From NCBI GenBank assembly GCA_028707815.1, contig JAQWAE010000001.1, positions 68,150-132,149 of the forward strand: 64,000 nucleotides of DNA, in the 5' to 3' direction. Source of the DNA: Bacteroidales bacterium (GTDB taxonomy: Bacteria; Bacteroidota; Bacteroidia; Bacteroidales; BM520). A model generated the notes under the pieces. It was not told the DNA's origin, ran no database searches, and was given only the letters and a program-made list of their open reading frames with translations. This document shows, piece after piece, positions 55,915 through 64,000 of this stretch (position 1 is the first letter of the stretch; each line of letters begins with the position of its first letter). The position numbers and the translations under genes are program-made.

Positions 55915-58212
55915 ATGACAAAAAATTTAGTAATTGTTGAATCTCCTGCAAAAGCCAAAACGATAGAAGGGTTTTTAGGAAAGGATTATATGGTAAAATC
56001 AAGTTTCGGACACGTAAGAGATTTATGCAAAAAAGGATTTGGTGTTGATATTGAAGCCGGATTTTTACCGATATACGAAATAAGTGCAGACAAGAAGAAG
56101 GTTGTTGCCGAATTGTCTAAATTGTCGAAACAAGCAGAAACAATATGGCTTGCATCTGATGAAGACCGCGAAGGAGAAGCTATTTCGTGGCATTTGGTAC
56201 AGGCTTTAAATTTGCCTGAAGACAAAATTAAGAGGATAGTTTTTAATGAAATTACAAAAAATGCTATACTCAACGCTATCAAAAATCCGCGTAATATTGA
56301 TATTGATTTAGTTTATGCGCAACAAGCGCGGCGTGTTTTAGACAGATTAGTCGGCTTTGAGGTTTCTCCCATTTTATGGAAGAAAGTTAAGCCTGCTTTA
56401 TCTGCCGGAAGAGTTCAATCGGTAGCCGTAAGGCTTATAGTTGAGCGAGAAGCAGCTATCAAAGATTTTAAACCAGAAACATATTTCCGCGTTGTCACTG
56501 TTTTTATTCCTCAAGGTGGAAAATCTACAGAGATAGTCAGAGCGGAATTATCAGATAAATTGAAGACCAAACAAGAGGTCATTGATTTTATCAACTGTAT
56601 AAAAGATGGCACTTTCACTGTTTCATCGGTAGAAAAAAAGCCTGTCAGCAAATGTCCCGCTCCTCCATTTACTACATCTACGCTACAGCAAGAAGCATCA
56701 CGAAAACTCGGCTTCTCTGTTTTAAAGACAATGACAGTTGCGCAGCAACTATACGAATCGGGAAAAATCACTTATATGAGAACCGACTCCGTACACCTTT
56801 CCGAAGCCGCTATTACAGCTGCAAAAGAAGAAATCGTCAATGTTTATGGAGCTGAATACTCCAAATCAAGGCGTTTTGTTACAAAAACCAAAGGTGCTCA
56901 GGAAGCACACGAGGCAATACGTCCTTCTTACATGAACAGACAAACTATCGAAGGCGACATCGCATCTCAAAAACTGTATTCATTAATATGGAAACGTACT
57001 GTCGCTTCACAAATGGCTGATGCAAAAGTCGAAAGCACAACAGTAAACATTATTTCTAATAAAACGGATAAACATTTTACTGCAAAAACAGACCTTTTGT
57101 TATTTGACGGCTTCCTTAAAGTTTATAATGAATCTGAAGATGACCTCATTAACGATGAAGTTTCCGTCATTAAAACGCAACTAACTGAAGGTCAATACGT
57201 TAACCTCCAACAGCTTGAAGCTACCGAAAAAGTAACCAAGCCTCCTTTCAGATATTCGGAAGCAAGTCTCGTGAAAAAGATGGAGGAGTTAGGTATAGGA
57301 CGACCTTCTACTTATGCTCCTACTGTTTCTACTATCCAAAAACGCGGTTATGTTGAAAAAATAAAATTGCCCGGAACAAGTAGACAATACGAAATAATAA
57401 AATATAAAAACGATACTATAAGCGAGTCTGCCGCTGTTGAAAAAGAAGGAGTTGTAAACGGTAAGTTGGCTCCGACAGATATAGGCATTCTCGTCAATAA
57501 ATTCTTAGTCGCAAATTTTAAAGATATACTTGACTACAATTTCACTGCAAATATCGAGAAACAATTCGATGACATTGCTAAAGGTAAGTTGGTATGGTCG
57601 AATATGATACACGATTTTTATTATCCCTTTCATGATGAAGTTACTTCTGCCAATAATACAAAGGAAAAGATAAGAGGTGAGCGTCTGCTTGGTGTTGACC
57701 CTGCTTCCGGCAAAAATGTATATGTCAAATTAGGTAGATATGGGCTAATGGCTCAAATCGGCGAATCGGAAGATGAAGAAAAACCGCGATTCACCGGATT
57801 GAAAAAAGGACAGACACTTGAAAATGTAACCTTTGAAGAAGTAATGGAGCTTTTCAAATTTCCTAAAAATCTTGGACAATACGAAGATGTTGATATTACT
57901 ATCGGGCAAGGAAAGTACGGTCCTTATATCCGCCATAATAACAAATTTTATTCTATTCCTTCCGGCATACAACCTCAAGAAATTACTTATCAACAAGCTA
58001 TAGATATTATAGAAGCCAAACGTAAAGAAGATAAATCTAAAATCATCAAATCTTTTACCGAAAATCCTGATTTACTTATACTTAATGGAAGATATGGACC
58101 TTATATAGCTTGCAATAAAGTTAATTATAAAATTCCTAAAACCGTTGTACCATCTGAATTACTTTATTCCGATTGTCTAACAATAATGGAAAAAGAGAAG
58201 AAGAAAAAATGA
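55915..58212 (+). CDS. topA: DNA topoisomerase I
   Basis: The TOPRIM N-terminus is LVIVESPAKAKTIEGFLG. The active-site region is ITYMRTDS. The protein is 765 aa. Confidence 0.92.
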   Translation: MTKNLVIVESPAKAKTIEGFLGKDYMVKSSFGHVRDLCKKGFGVDIEAGFLPIYEISADKKKVVAELSKLSKQAETIWLASDEDREGEAISWHLVQALNLPEDKIKRIVFNEITKNAILNAIKNPRNIDIDLVYAQQARRVLDRLVGFEVSPILWKKVKPALSAGRVQSVAVRLIVEREAAIKDFKPETYFRVVTVFIPQGGKSTEIVRAELSDKLKTKQEVIDFINCIKDGTFTVSSVEKKPVSKCPAPPFTTSTLQQEASRKLGFSVLKTMTVAQQLYESGKITYMRTDSVHLSEAAITAAKEEIVNVYGAEYSKSRRFVTKTKGAQEAHEAIRPSYMNRQTIEGDIASQKLYSLIWKRTVASQMADAKVESTTVNIISNKTDKHFTAKTDLLLFDGFLKVYNESEDDLINDEVSVIKTQLTEGQYVNLQQLEATEKVTKPPFRYSEASLVKKMEELGIGRPSTYAPTVSTIQKRGYVEKIKLPGTSRQYEIIKYKNDTISESAAVEKEGVVNGKLAPTDIGILVNKFLVANFKDILDYNFTANIEKQFDDIAKGKLVWSNMIHDFYYPFHDEVTSANNTKEKIRGERLLGVDPASGKNVYVKLGRYGLMAQIGESEDEEKPRFTGLKKGQTLENVTFEEVMELFKFPKNLGQYEDVDITIGQGKYGPYIRHNNKFYSIPSGIQPQEITYQQAIDIIEAKRKEDKSKIIKSFTENPDLLILNGRYGPYIACNKVNYKIPKTVVPSELLYSDCLTIMEKEKKKK

Positions 58213-59384
58213 TAACCGACTACTATATTTATTTAGACCCTGTTGATACTTCTACCTTTGATGAGGTCTTTTCCAATTCCGGAAAGTTGGGAGGAATAGT
58301 TGAGTTGTATTCTAAAACAGATGCCTTCCCTGACGTTAAAGGTGCTAATGTAGCTATTCTTGGCGTACCGGAAGGACACGGAAGCGACAAAAATCAAGGC
58401 TGTGGCTCGGCTCCGGACGTAATAAGGTCTCAATTATACAACTTATATAATTTCACCGAAGATCTCAAAATTGTGGACGTTGGTAACATCAAACAATGTA
58501 ACTCACTCAAAGACACATATTTTGCCGTCAAAGAAGTTGTCAGCTATTTTATTGCCAACAAGGTCTTTGTAATCATTTTAGGCGGTTCTAACGACATCGC
58601 TTATGCTAATTATTGGGCTTACCAAAAATTAAATCAGCTTGTAAATTTTACCTGTTTTGACTCATGTTTGGATATTGGTGATGCCTCTTGCTGCCCTGCA
58701 CAAGCCTATATCAGCAAAATAATTATGCACAAGCCAAACTATCTGTTCAATTATGTAAATATTGGCTACCAAACTTATCTTAATAATAGCAATATAGTTA
58801 AACTTATTGATAATCTGCTATTTGATGCTTATCGTTTAGGACTTGTCCGCAATAATATTGAAGAAGTAGAACCTTCAATTCGTAACTCAGATGTCGCATC
58901 TTTTGACATTTCCGTTGTAAAAAGTTCCGATGCCCCTGCAAGAGTTGATGCTTCACCTAACGGACTTAGCAGCGATGAATTTTGTAACTTGGCTCGGTAT
59001 GTAGGAACAAGCGATAAAATTTCATCAGCAGGCTTTTATGAATATAATCCTTCTTTAGATAGAGATTTTCAAACAGCAAAACTTATCGCTCAAGCAATTT
59101 GGTGCTTAATAGATGGTCATAATGACCGACTTAATGAGTATCCTTATCATAATAAAAATAATTTTATCAAATATCATGTTAAGTCGGAAATGTTTGAAAA
59201 AGAGATTGTTTTCTATAAAAGTAAACTTACAAATCGTTGGTGGCTTGAAGTAGAATGTCCTGAACATCTGAAAGATAAGTATGCAAGTTGTTATCTTGTC
59301 CCATGTTCTTACAAAGATTATCTTTCTGCTTGCGATAATGAAATTCCGGGAAGATGGTTGCAAGTTTATAAAAAATTGATGTAA
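58209..59384 (+). CDS. Arginase/formimidoylglutamase-fold protein with a non-canonical metal-ligand set
   Basis: The layout LGVPEGHGS...ILGGSNDIAY...FDSCLDIGD...SFDISVV parallels the ureohydrolase motifs GGDHS / DAHxD / SxDxD. The preferred start ATG at 58209 overlaps the topA stop (ATGA). Confidence 0.6.
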   Translation: MITDYYIYLDPVDTSTFDEVFSNSGKLGGIVELYSKTDAFPDVKGANVAILGVPEGHGSDKNQGCGSAPDVIRSQLYNLYNFTEDLKIVDVGNIKQCNSLKDTYFAVKEVVSYFIANKVFVIILGGSNDIAYANYWAYQKLNQLVNFTCFDSCLDIGDASCCPAQAYISKIIMHKPNYLFNYVNIGYQTYLNNSNIVKLIDNLLFDAYRLGLVRNNIEEVEPSIRNSDVASFDISVVKSSDAPARVDASPNGLSSDEFCNLARYVGTSDKISSAGFYEYNPSLDRDFQTAKLIAQAIWCLIDGHNDRLNEYPYHNKNNFIKYHVKSEMFEKEIVFYKSKLTNRWWLEVECPEHLKDKYASCYLVPCSYKDYLSACDNEIPGRWLQVYKKLM

Positions 59385-59398
59385 AGCCAAATAAAAAA

Positions 59399-59428
59399 AG
59401 CGATGCTTCAGAAGCATCGCTTTTTTTA
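59399..59428. terminator. Bidirectional rho-independent terminator between the arginase-like gene and leuS
   Basis: AAAAAAAGCGATGCTTC-A-GAAGCATCGCTTTTTTT is a perfect 11-bp stem with A- and T-runs on either side. Confidence 0.75.
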
Positions 59429-59437
59429 TTGTTTTTT

Positions 59438-62224
59438 TTATATCACGATATTGATAATTCTTTTAGGTACTAAGATAAACTTTTTAATTTCTTTACCCTC
59501 CAACCATTTACGAGCTTCCGGAGCATTTTTAACAGCATCTTCCGCTTCAGCAGCAGTTGCCGTAACAGGCAAATTTATTTTAAATCTTAATTTGCCATTA
59601 AAAGAAACCGGATATTCAAATTCATTTTCATGGGTATATTCAGCTTTAAACGATGGAAATGGCTCCAATTCAACGGTTGTATTATGCCCTAATAAAAACC
59701 AAAGTTCCTCGGCTATATGCGGAGCATAAGGCGAAATTAAAATAACAAACGGCTCTAAAACAGAACGCTTATCACACTTGAGGTCGGCAAGATCATTAAC
59801 GGCTATCATAAATGTTGATACAGCAGTATTAAAAGAGAATTTTTTAATATCATCTTCAACTTTGCCGATAGCTTTATGTAAAGCTTTAAGTTCTGCTGCC
59901 GAAGGAGCTTCTTCACTAATTACAAAATTATTATCTTTATTATTGTGGAATAATCTCCAGAATTTCTTCAAAAATCTTGAAACGCCTTCAATGCCATTAG
60001 TATCCCATGGCTTATGAGATTCCAACGGACCTAAAAACATTTCATAAAGTCTCAAAGTATCTGCACCGTATTTATATATCAGATCGTCAGGGTTTTGGAC
60101 ATTATATTTAGACTTCGACATTTTTTCTATCTCCCAGCCGCAAATATATTTTCCATCTTCGAGAATAAACTCTGCATCTGCATATTCCGCATGCCATTGT
60201 TTGAAAGCCTCGATATCTAACTCATCATTTCTAACTATATTGATATCCACATACAGAGCAGTTGTCTGATAATCTTTACGGAGGTTATAAGACACGAACT
60301 TATTAGTGCCGTTTATTCTATAGACGAAACTTGAGCGTCCTTGAATTTTCCCTTGATTTATCAGCTTTTGGAAAGGTTCTTCTACACAAGACATGCCGAT
60401 GTCATGTAAAAACTTGTTCCACACTCTTGCGTAGATAAGGTGTCCGGCAGCATGTTCATCGCCACCGAGATACAAATCGACATTTCTCCAATAATCATCA
60501 GCTTGATGAGAAAAATATTCTTTATCGTTATGCGGGTCCATATATCTAAGATAATATCCGCTTGAGCCGGCAAATCCGGGCATGGTATTAGTTTCTAACG
60601 GACAGCCTTTATAAGTCCAATTTTTTGCTCTTGCCAAAGGCGGTTCACCGGATTCGGTAGGTAAAAACTTATCTATTTCCGGTAATTCTAAAGGCAAATC
60701 ATTTTCGTCCATAGCATACGGAATACCGTTTTTATAATATATCGGGAAAGGTTCACCCCAATAACGTTGACGGCTGAAGATAGCATCACGCAGACGATAA
60801 TTCACCTTACCGTGACCGATTTTCATGTCATTGATTTTGTCTATCACGGTTCTTATAGCATCTTTGACCTGCATTCCCGTTATAAAGCCGGAATTTATCA
60901 TCACTCCATCTTTAGCGTCATAAGATTCTGTCCATGTACTTGGGTCGGTTGGAGTTTCGCCATTACCGCAGACGACTTGGATAATCGGGAGATCAAAATG
61001 GCGGGCGAAAGCAAAGTCGCGGCTGTCGTGAGCCGGAACAGCCATAATAGCACCTGTTCCGTAGCCGGCTAATACGTAGTCGGCAATCCAGATAGGAATT
61101 TTAGCACCTGTAAGTGGGTTGACACCATAAGCGCCTGTAAACACGCCACTTACGGTACGCACTTCCGCCATTCTCTCTCTTTCCGAGCGATTTTTAGCGT
61201 AAGTAACGTATTCTTCAACTTTTTCCTTACATTCCTGAGTAGTGATAAGGTTTACATACTCATGTTCCGGAGCAATTACCATAAAAGTAGCACCCCAAAG
61301 GGTATCCGGTCGTGTTGTAAATACTTCGAGTGTCAGCTCTTCATGTCCATCAACGCCAAAAAACACAGAAGCACCTTCCGACCTGCCTATCCAGTTGCGT
61401 TGCATCTCTTTGAGAGAATCGCTCCACTCAACAGTGTCTAAGCCATCGAGCAAACGTTGTGCATAAGCAGTTATCCTCAGCGACCACTGGTTCATCTTTT
61501 TACGTTCTACAGGGAAGCCGCCTCTTTCAGACAAGCCATCTTTCACCTCATCATTAGCCAACACAGTACCCAACTCAGGACACCAGTTAACCCATGTTTC
61601 TGCGATATAAGCAAGGCGATAATTCATCAAAGTTTTCTGTTGTTCTGCTTCGCTCATAGCATTCCATTGCTCTGCTGTAAACGAAAGTTCTTCCGTACAG
61701 GCAAGGTCAAGTCCTTTAGTCCCTTGTGCAGAAAACACCTGCATAAGTTCAGAAATAGGACGCGCCTGTTTAGCCTGATTACAATAATAAGAGTTAAAAA
61801 ATTGAATAAAAGTCCATTGTGTCCACTTATAATACTTAGGGTCACAAGTTTTAACTTCTCTATCCCAATCGAAAGAAAAACCTATACGGTCTAATTGTTC
61901 TCTATATCTTTTTATATTTTTTTCTGTTGTAACAGCAGGATGCGTGTTTGTTTGGATGGCATACTGTTCGGCAGGAAGTCCGTAAGCATCATATCCCATA
62001 GGGTGAAGTACGTTGTAACCTTTATGGCGCATATAGCGGGCATATATGTCGGAGGCAATATATCCAAGTGGATGACCTACGTGTAATCCGGCACCGGAAG
62101 GATAAGGAAACATATCCAGCACATAATATTTAGGTTTATCCGAGACATTCTCTGCTTTAAAAATTTTTTTCTCTGCCCAATACGACTGCCACTTCTTCTC
62201 TATTAATCGATGATCATATTCCAT
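59438..62224 (-). CDS. leuS: Leucyl-tRNA synthetase
   Basis: HVGHPLGY (HIGH) and KMSKS motifs are present. The protein is 928 aa. Confidence 0.93.
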   Translation of the reverse strand: MEYDHRLIEKKWQSYWAEKKIFKAENVSDKPKYYVLDMFPYPSGAGLHVGHPLGYIASDIYARYMRHKGYNVLHPMGYDAYGLPAEQYAIQTNTHPAVTTEKNIKRYREQLDRIGFSFDWDREVKTCDPKYYKWTQWTFIQFFNSYYCNQAKQARPISELMQVFSAQGTKGLDLACTEELSFTAEQWNAMSEAEQQKTLMNYRLAYIAETWVNWCPELGTVLANDEVKDGLSERGGFPVERKKMNQWSLRITAYAQRLLDGLDTVEWSDSLKEMQRNWIGRSEGASVFFGVDGHEELTLEVFTTRPDTLWGATFMVIAPEHEYVNLITTQECKEKVEEYVTYAKNRSERERMAEVRTVSGVFTGAYGVNPLTGAKIPIWIADYVLAGYGTGAIMAVPAHDSRDFAFARHFDLPIIQVVCGNGETPTDPSTWTESYDAKDGVMINSGFITGMQVKDAIRTVIDKINDMKIGHGKVNYRLRDAIFSRQRYWGEPFPIYYKNGIPYAMDENDLPLELPEIDKFLPTESGEPPLARAKNWTYKGCPLETNTMPGFAGSSGYYLRYMDPHNDKEYFSHQADDYWRNVDLYLGGDEHAAGHLIYARVWNKFLHDIGMSCVEEPFQKLINQGKIQGRSSFVYRINGTNKFVSYNLRKDYQTTALYVDINIVRNDELDIEAFKQWHAEYADAEFILEDGKYICGWEIEKMSKSKYNVQNPDDLIYKYGADTLRLYEMFLGPLESHKPWDTNGIEGVSRFLKKFWRLFHNNKDNNFVISEEAPSAAELKALHKAIGKVEDDIKKFSFNTAVSTFMIAVNDLADLKCDKRSVLEPFVILISPYAPHIAEELWFLLGHNTTVELEPFPSFKAEYTHENEFEYPVSFNGKLRFKINLPVTATAAEAEDAVKNAPEARKWLEGKEIKKFILVPKRIINIVI

Positions 62225-62246
62225 ATTTTATTAATTATGATTAAAC

Positions 62247-62272
62247 CAAAAAAAAGCCGGTAGACCCGGCTT
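62247..62272 (-). terminator. Rho-independent terminator of the FKBP gene
   Basis: On the minus strand, the AAGCCGG-GTCTA-CCGGCTT hairpin is followed by T8. Confidence 0.7.
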
Positions 62273-62298
62273 TTATATATAAAATTCTGTCTTAAAAA

Positions 62299-62997
62299 TT
62301 ATTTAACATTTACCAATTCGAGGTCAAATATCAATGTAGAACCTGCAGGAATAGGTAAGCCAAGTCTGTCACCCCATGCTAATTCAGCCGGCATGAAAAA
62401 TCTGTAAATAGCACCTTCATTCATCAATTTTATGCCTTCTGCCAATCCCGGAAGTGAAATATCACTAACAGTCATTTCTTCAGGTTCGCCGGTATAAGTA
62501 TCTTTTTGTAATTTACCGTTCAAAGTATATATTTTGTAATGAATTTTAACAATGCTGTTTTCTTTAGCTTTTTTACCTGTACCTTCTTTATTCACGATGT
62601 AAGACAAGCCACTTGGCAAAGCAATAACGCCGGGTTGAGCATTAACTTTTTCCATCCATTCTTTGCCTGTCTTCAAATTATTTTGATATTGTGCAACTAT
62701 TTGCTCTGCCTCTCTTTTTTGGAGAACATAGTTGAAAGCTGTAATAAAAGTCTTATACGTTGAATCATTGAAATAATTAACACTGTCTAATCCATCTAAC
62801 ATGCCTTTAATCACAACTTCAGGATTAACTTTATACGGACGTGCCTGTATATCTGTCGCATAATCTTGTCCGACAATATAACTTATGGTATCCGTTAAAT
62901 TACTAATTGCAATTTTTTCGCGTTGAACAACTTGAGTATTACAACTTGAAAAAGTGACTACAGCCACCACCATCAATAAAACATTTCTTAATTTCAT
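62299..62997 (-). CDS. FKBP-type peptidyl-prolyl cis-trans isomerase (Mip/FklB-like), lipoprotein
   Basis: The C-terminal FKBP domain is G..V.IHYK..TLNG...D.........LPGL.EGI.LM.EGA...F.P.ELAWG. The lipobox FSSC follows M14, so the start was moved to 62997. 63036 remains possible. Confidence 0.8.
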   Translation of the reverse strand: MKLRNVLLMVVAVVTFSSCNTQVVQREKIAISNLTDTISYIVGQDYATDIQARPYKVNPEVVIKGMLDGLDSVNYFNDSTYKTFITAFNYVLQKREAEQIVAQYQNNLKTGKEWMEKVNAQPGVIALPSGLSYIVNKEGTGKKAKENSIVKIHYKIYTLNGKLQKDTYTGEPEEMTVSDISLPGLAEGIKLMNEGAIYRFFMPAELAWGDRLGLPIPAGSTLIFDLELVNVK

Positions 62998-63073
62998 AAA
63001 TATAATTTTTATAGTTAAACTTCTTATTATAAGCATTTTAAGTTTGACAATCTCAAATGCTGTTTTCAGAGTG

Positions 63074-63081
63074 CAAAGATA
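63074..63081 (-). promoter_or_regulatory. -7 box (TATCTTTG on the minus strand) for the FKBP gene
   Basis: Exact TAnnTTTG match on the minus strand, upstream of both candidate starts. Confidence 0.4.
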
Positions 63082-63119
63082 ACAAAATCAAATATATTAT
63101 ATATGTTTTTATAAAAATT

Positions 63120-63701
63120 TTAATGATATTTCCCTTTTATGGTTTTTTCAATAATTTGAGGGAAATATTTGTATTCCAATTCATGAACTTTTGAAGCTAA
63201 AATTTCGGAAGTATCATTATCTTCTATCAAACATTTAGCTTGAAATATTATTTGTCCTTCATCATAGTTTTTATTAACATAATGAATTGTAATGCCGCTT
63301 TCTTTCTCTTTGTTAGCTATTACAGCATCATGCACAGCCATTCCATACATGCCTTTGCCGCCATATTTAGGCAACAGCGCAGGATGAATATTGACAATTT
63401 TACATGGATAGGCATCAACAATAAAATCGGGAAGTAAAAGAAGGAAGCCCGCTAAGATGACAAAATCTATCTTGTTGTCTTGTAAAAGTTTAAATACTTT
63501 TTCAGGATTTTGAAAATCCTTAGCACTAAAGACAAATGCCGGTATATTCATTTTTTTTGCACGTTCTAAGACAAACGCATCTTTTTTGTTGGAGATAATC
63601 ATTGTTATTTCCACACCGTCTTTTTTTTCAAAATATTTTGCTATTGCTTCGGCATTTGTACCATTTCCTGAAGCAAATATTGCAATTTTTATATTTGACA
63701 T
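63120..63701 (-). CDS. purN: Phosphoribosylglycinamide formyltransferase
   Basis: IAIFASGNGTNA N-terminus, NIHPALLP, and the formyltransferase core. The ORF-track start at 63710 is a TTG, so I prefer the ATG at 63701. Confidence 0.88.
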   Translation of the reverse strand: MSNIKIAIFASGNGTNAEAIAKYFEKKDGVEITMIISNKKDAFVLERAKKMNIPAFVFSAKDFQNPEKVFKLLQDNKIDFVILAGFLLLLPDFIVDAYPCKIVNIHPALLPKYGGKGMYGMAVHDAVIANKEKESGITIHYVNKNYDEGQIIFQAKCLIEDNDTSEILASKVHELEYKYFPQIIEKTIKGKYH

Positions 63702-63860
63702 TTTCAGCAACTGTTATTGGGTTTAAATCATCTATATATATGAACATTTTTCATCTGCAAAATTACATAAAATAATCTTATTACAAAATCATTATAAAAA
63801 CTTCCATAAAAAAAACATTTAAAATCATCGCCGAATATTAATTTTATCATTATTTATTTT

Positions 63861-63868
63861 TATCTTTG
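63861..63868 (+). promoter_or_regulatory. -7 box TATCTTTG for dnaN
   Basis: Exact TAnnTTTG match, about 40 nt upstream of the ATG at 63908. Confidence 0.45.
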
Positions 63869-63907
63869 CAGTCATAAGTTTTAAAAAAATAACAAACATA
63901 TCATACC

Positions 63908-64000
63908 ATGAAATTTATCGTATCAAGCAATTTGTTGCTGAAGAACTTACAATCTATTGCAGGTATTTTGAATGCGAGAAACACCATGCCTATATTAGAT
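63908..64000 (+). CDS. dnaN: DNA polymerase III beta subunit, first 31 codons (3' end outside the window)
   Basis: MKFIVSSNLLLKNLQSIAGILNARNTMPILD is the typical sliding-clamp N-terminus (MKF.....L...L......V..R.T.PIL). It is not in the ORF track because it runs off the window. Confidence 0.7.
   Translation, partial: MKFIVSSNLLLKNLQSIAGILNARNTMPILD

Noticed and set aside
63702-63907. Possible replication origin next to dnaN
   Set aside because: No TTATCCACA-type DnaA boxes are visible, and dnaA is not adjacent. There is nothing to support an oriC call.

Overview
This is a 64-kb window from a low-GC Bacteroidota chromosome. The lineage call rests on four proteins with T9SS type-A C-terminal sorting domains, a complete Bat/MoxR aerotolerance operon, a gldA-like ABC ATPase, and TAnnTTTG -7 promoter boxes in front of many genes. 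Most of the window (about 6.1-64 kb) is ordinary core and housekeeping content: ugd, dcp, GH13 amylase, sod, sugar MFS transporter, rsmG, sulfatase, clpB, the batA-E operon, GH92, pckA, mutS, a glycyl-radical enzyme, miaB, topA, leuS, an FKBP isomerase, purN and the start of dnaN. The first ~6 kb is a decayed accessory mosaic. It contains an IS4/IS1634-type transposase remnant and a compact type II R-M pair, in which a beta-class SPPY amino-methyltransferase sits next to a HinP1I/MspI-fold nuclease. It also contains two inverted copies of one already-truncated IS30-plus-hairpin composite that bracket tRNA-Lys(CTT), gldA and an FkbM methyltransferase. The inner terminus of that composite recurs a third time at about 20.6 kb. 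No CRISPR array, rRNA or intact mobile element was found. The items most worth a second look are the hairpin-module repeat family and its inverted architecture, the unusual R-M pairing, an orphan promoter-terminator unit (candidate sRNA), a ClpB lacking its N-domain, a glycyl-radical enzyme with no activase nearby, and an arginase-fold protein with degenerate metal ligands that is translationally coupled to topA. All calls come from reading the sequence and ORF translations by eye. No database search was run.
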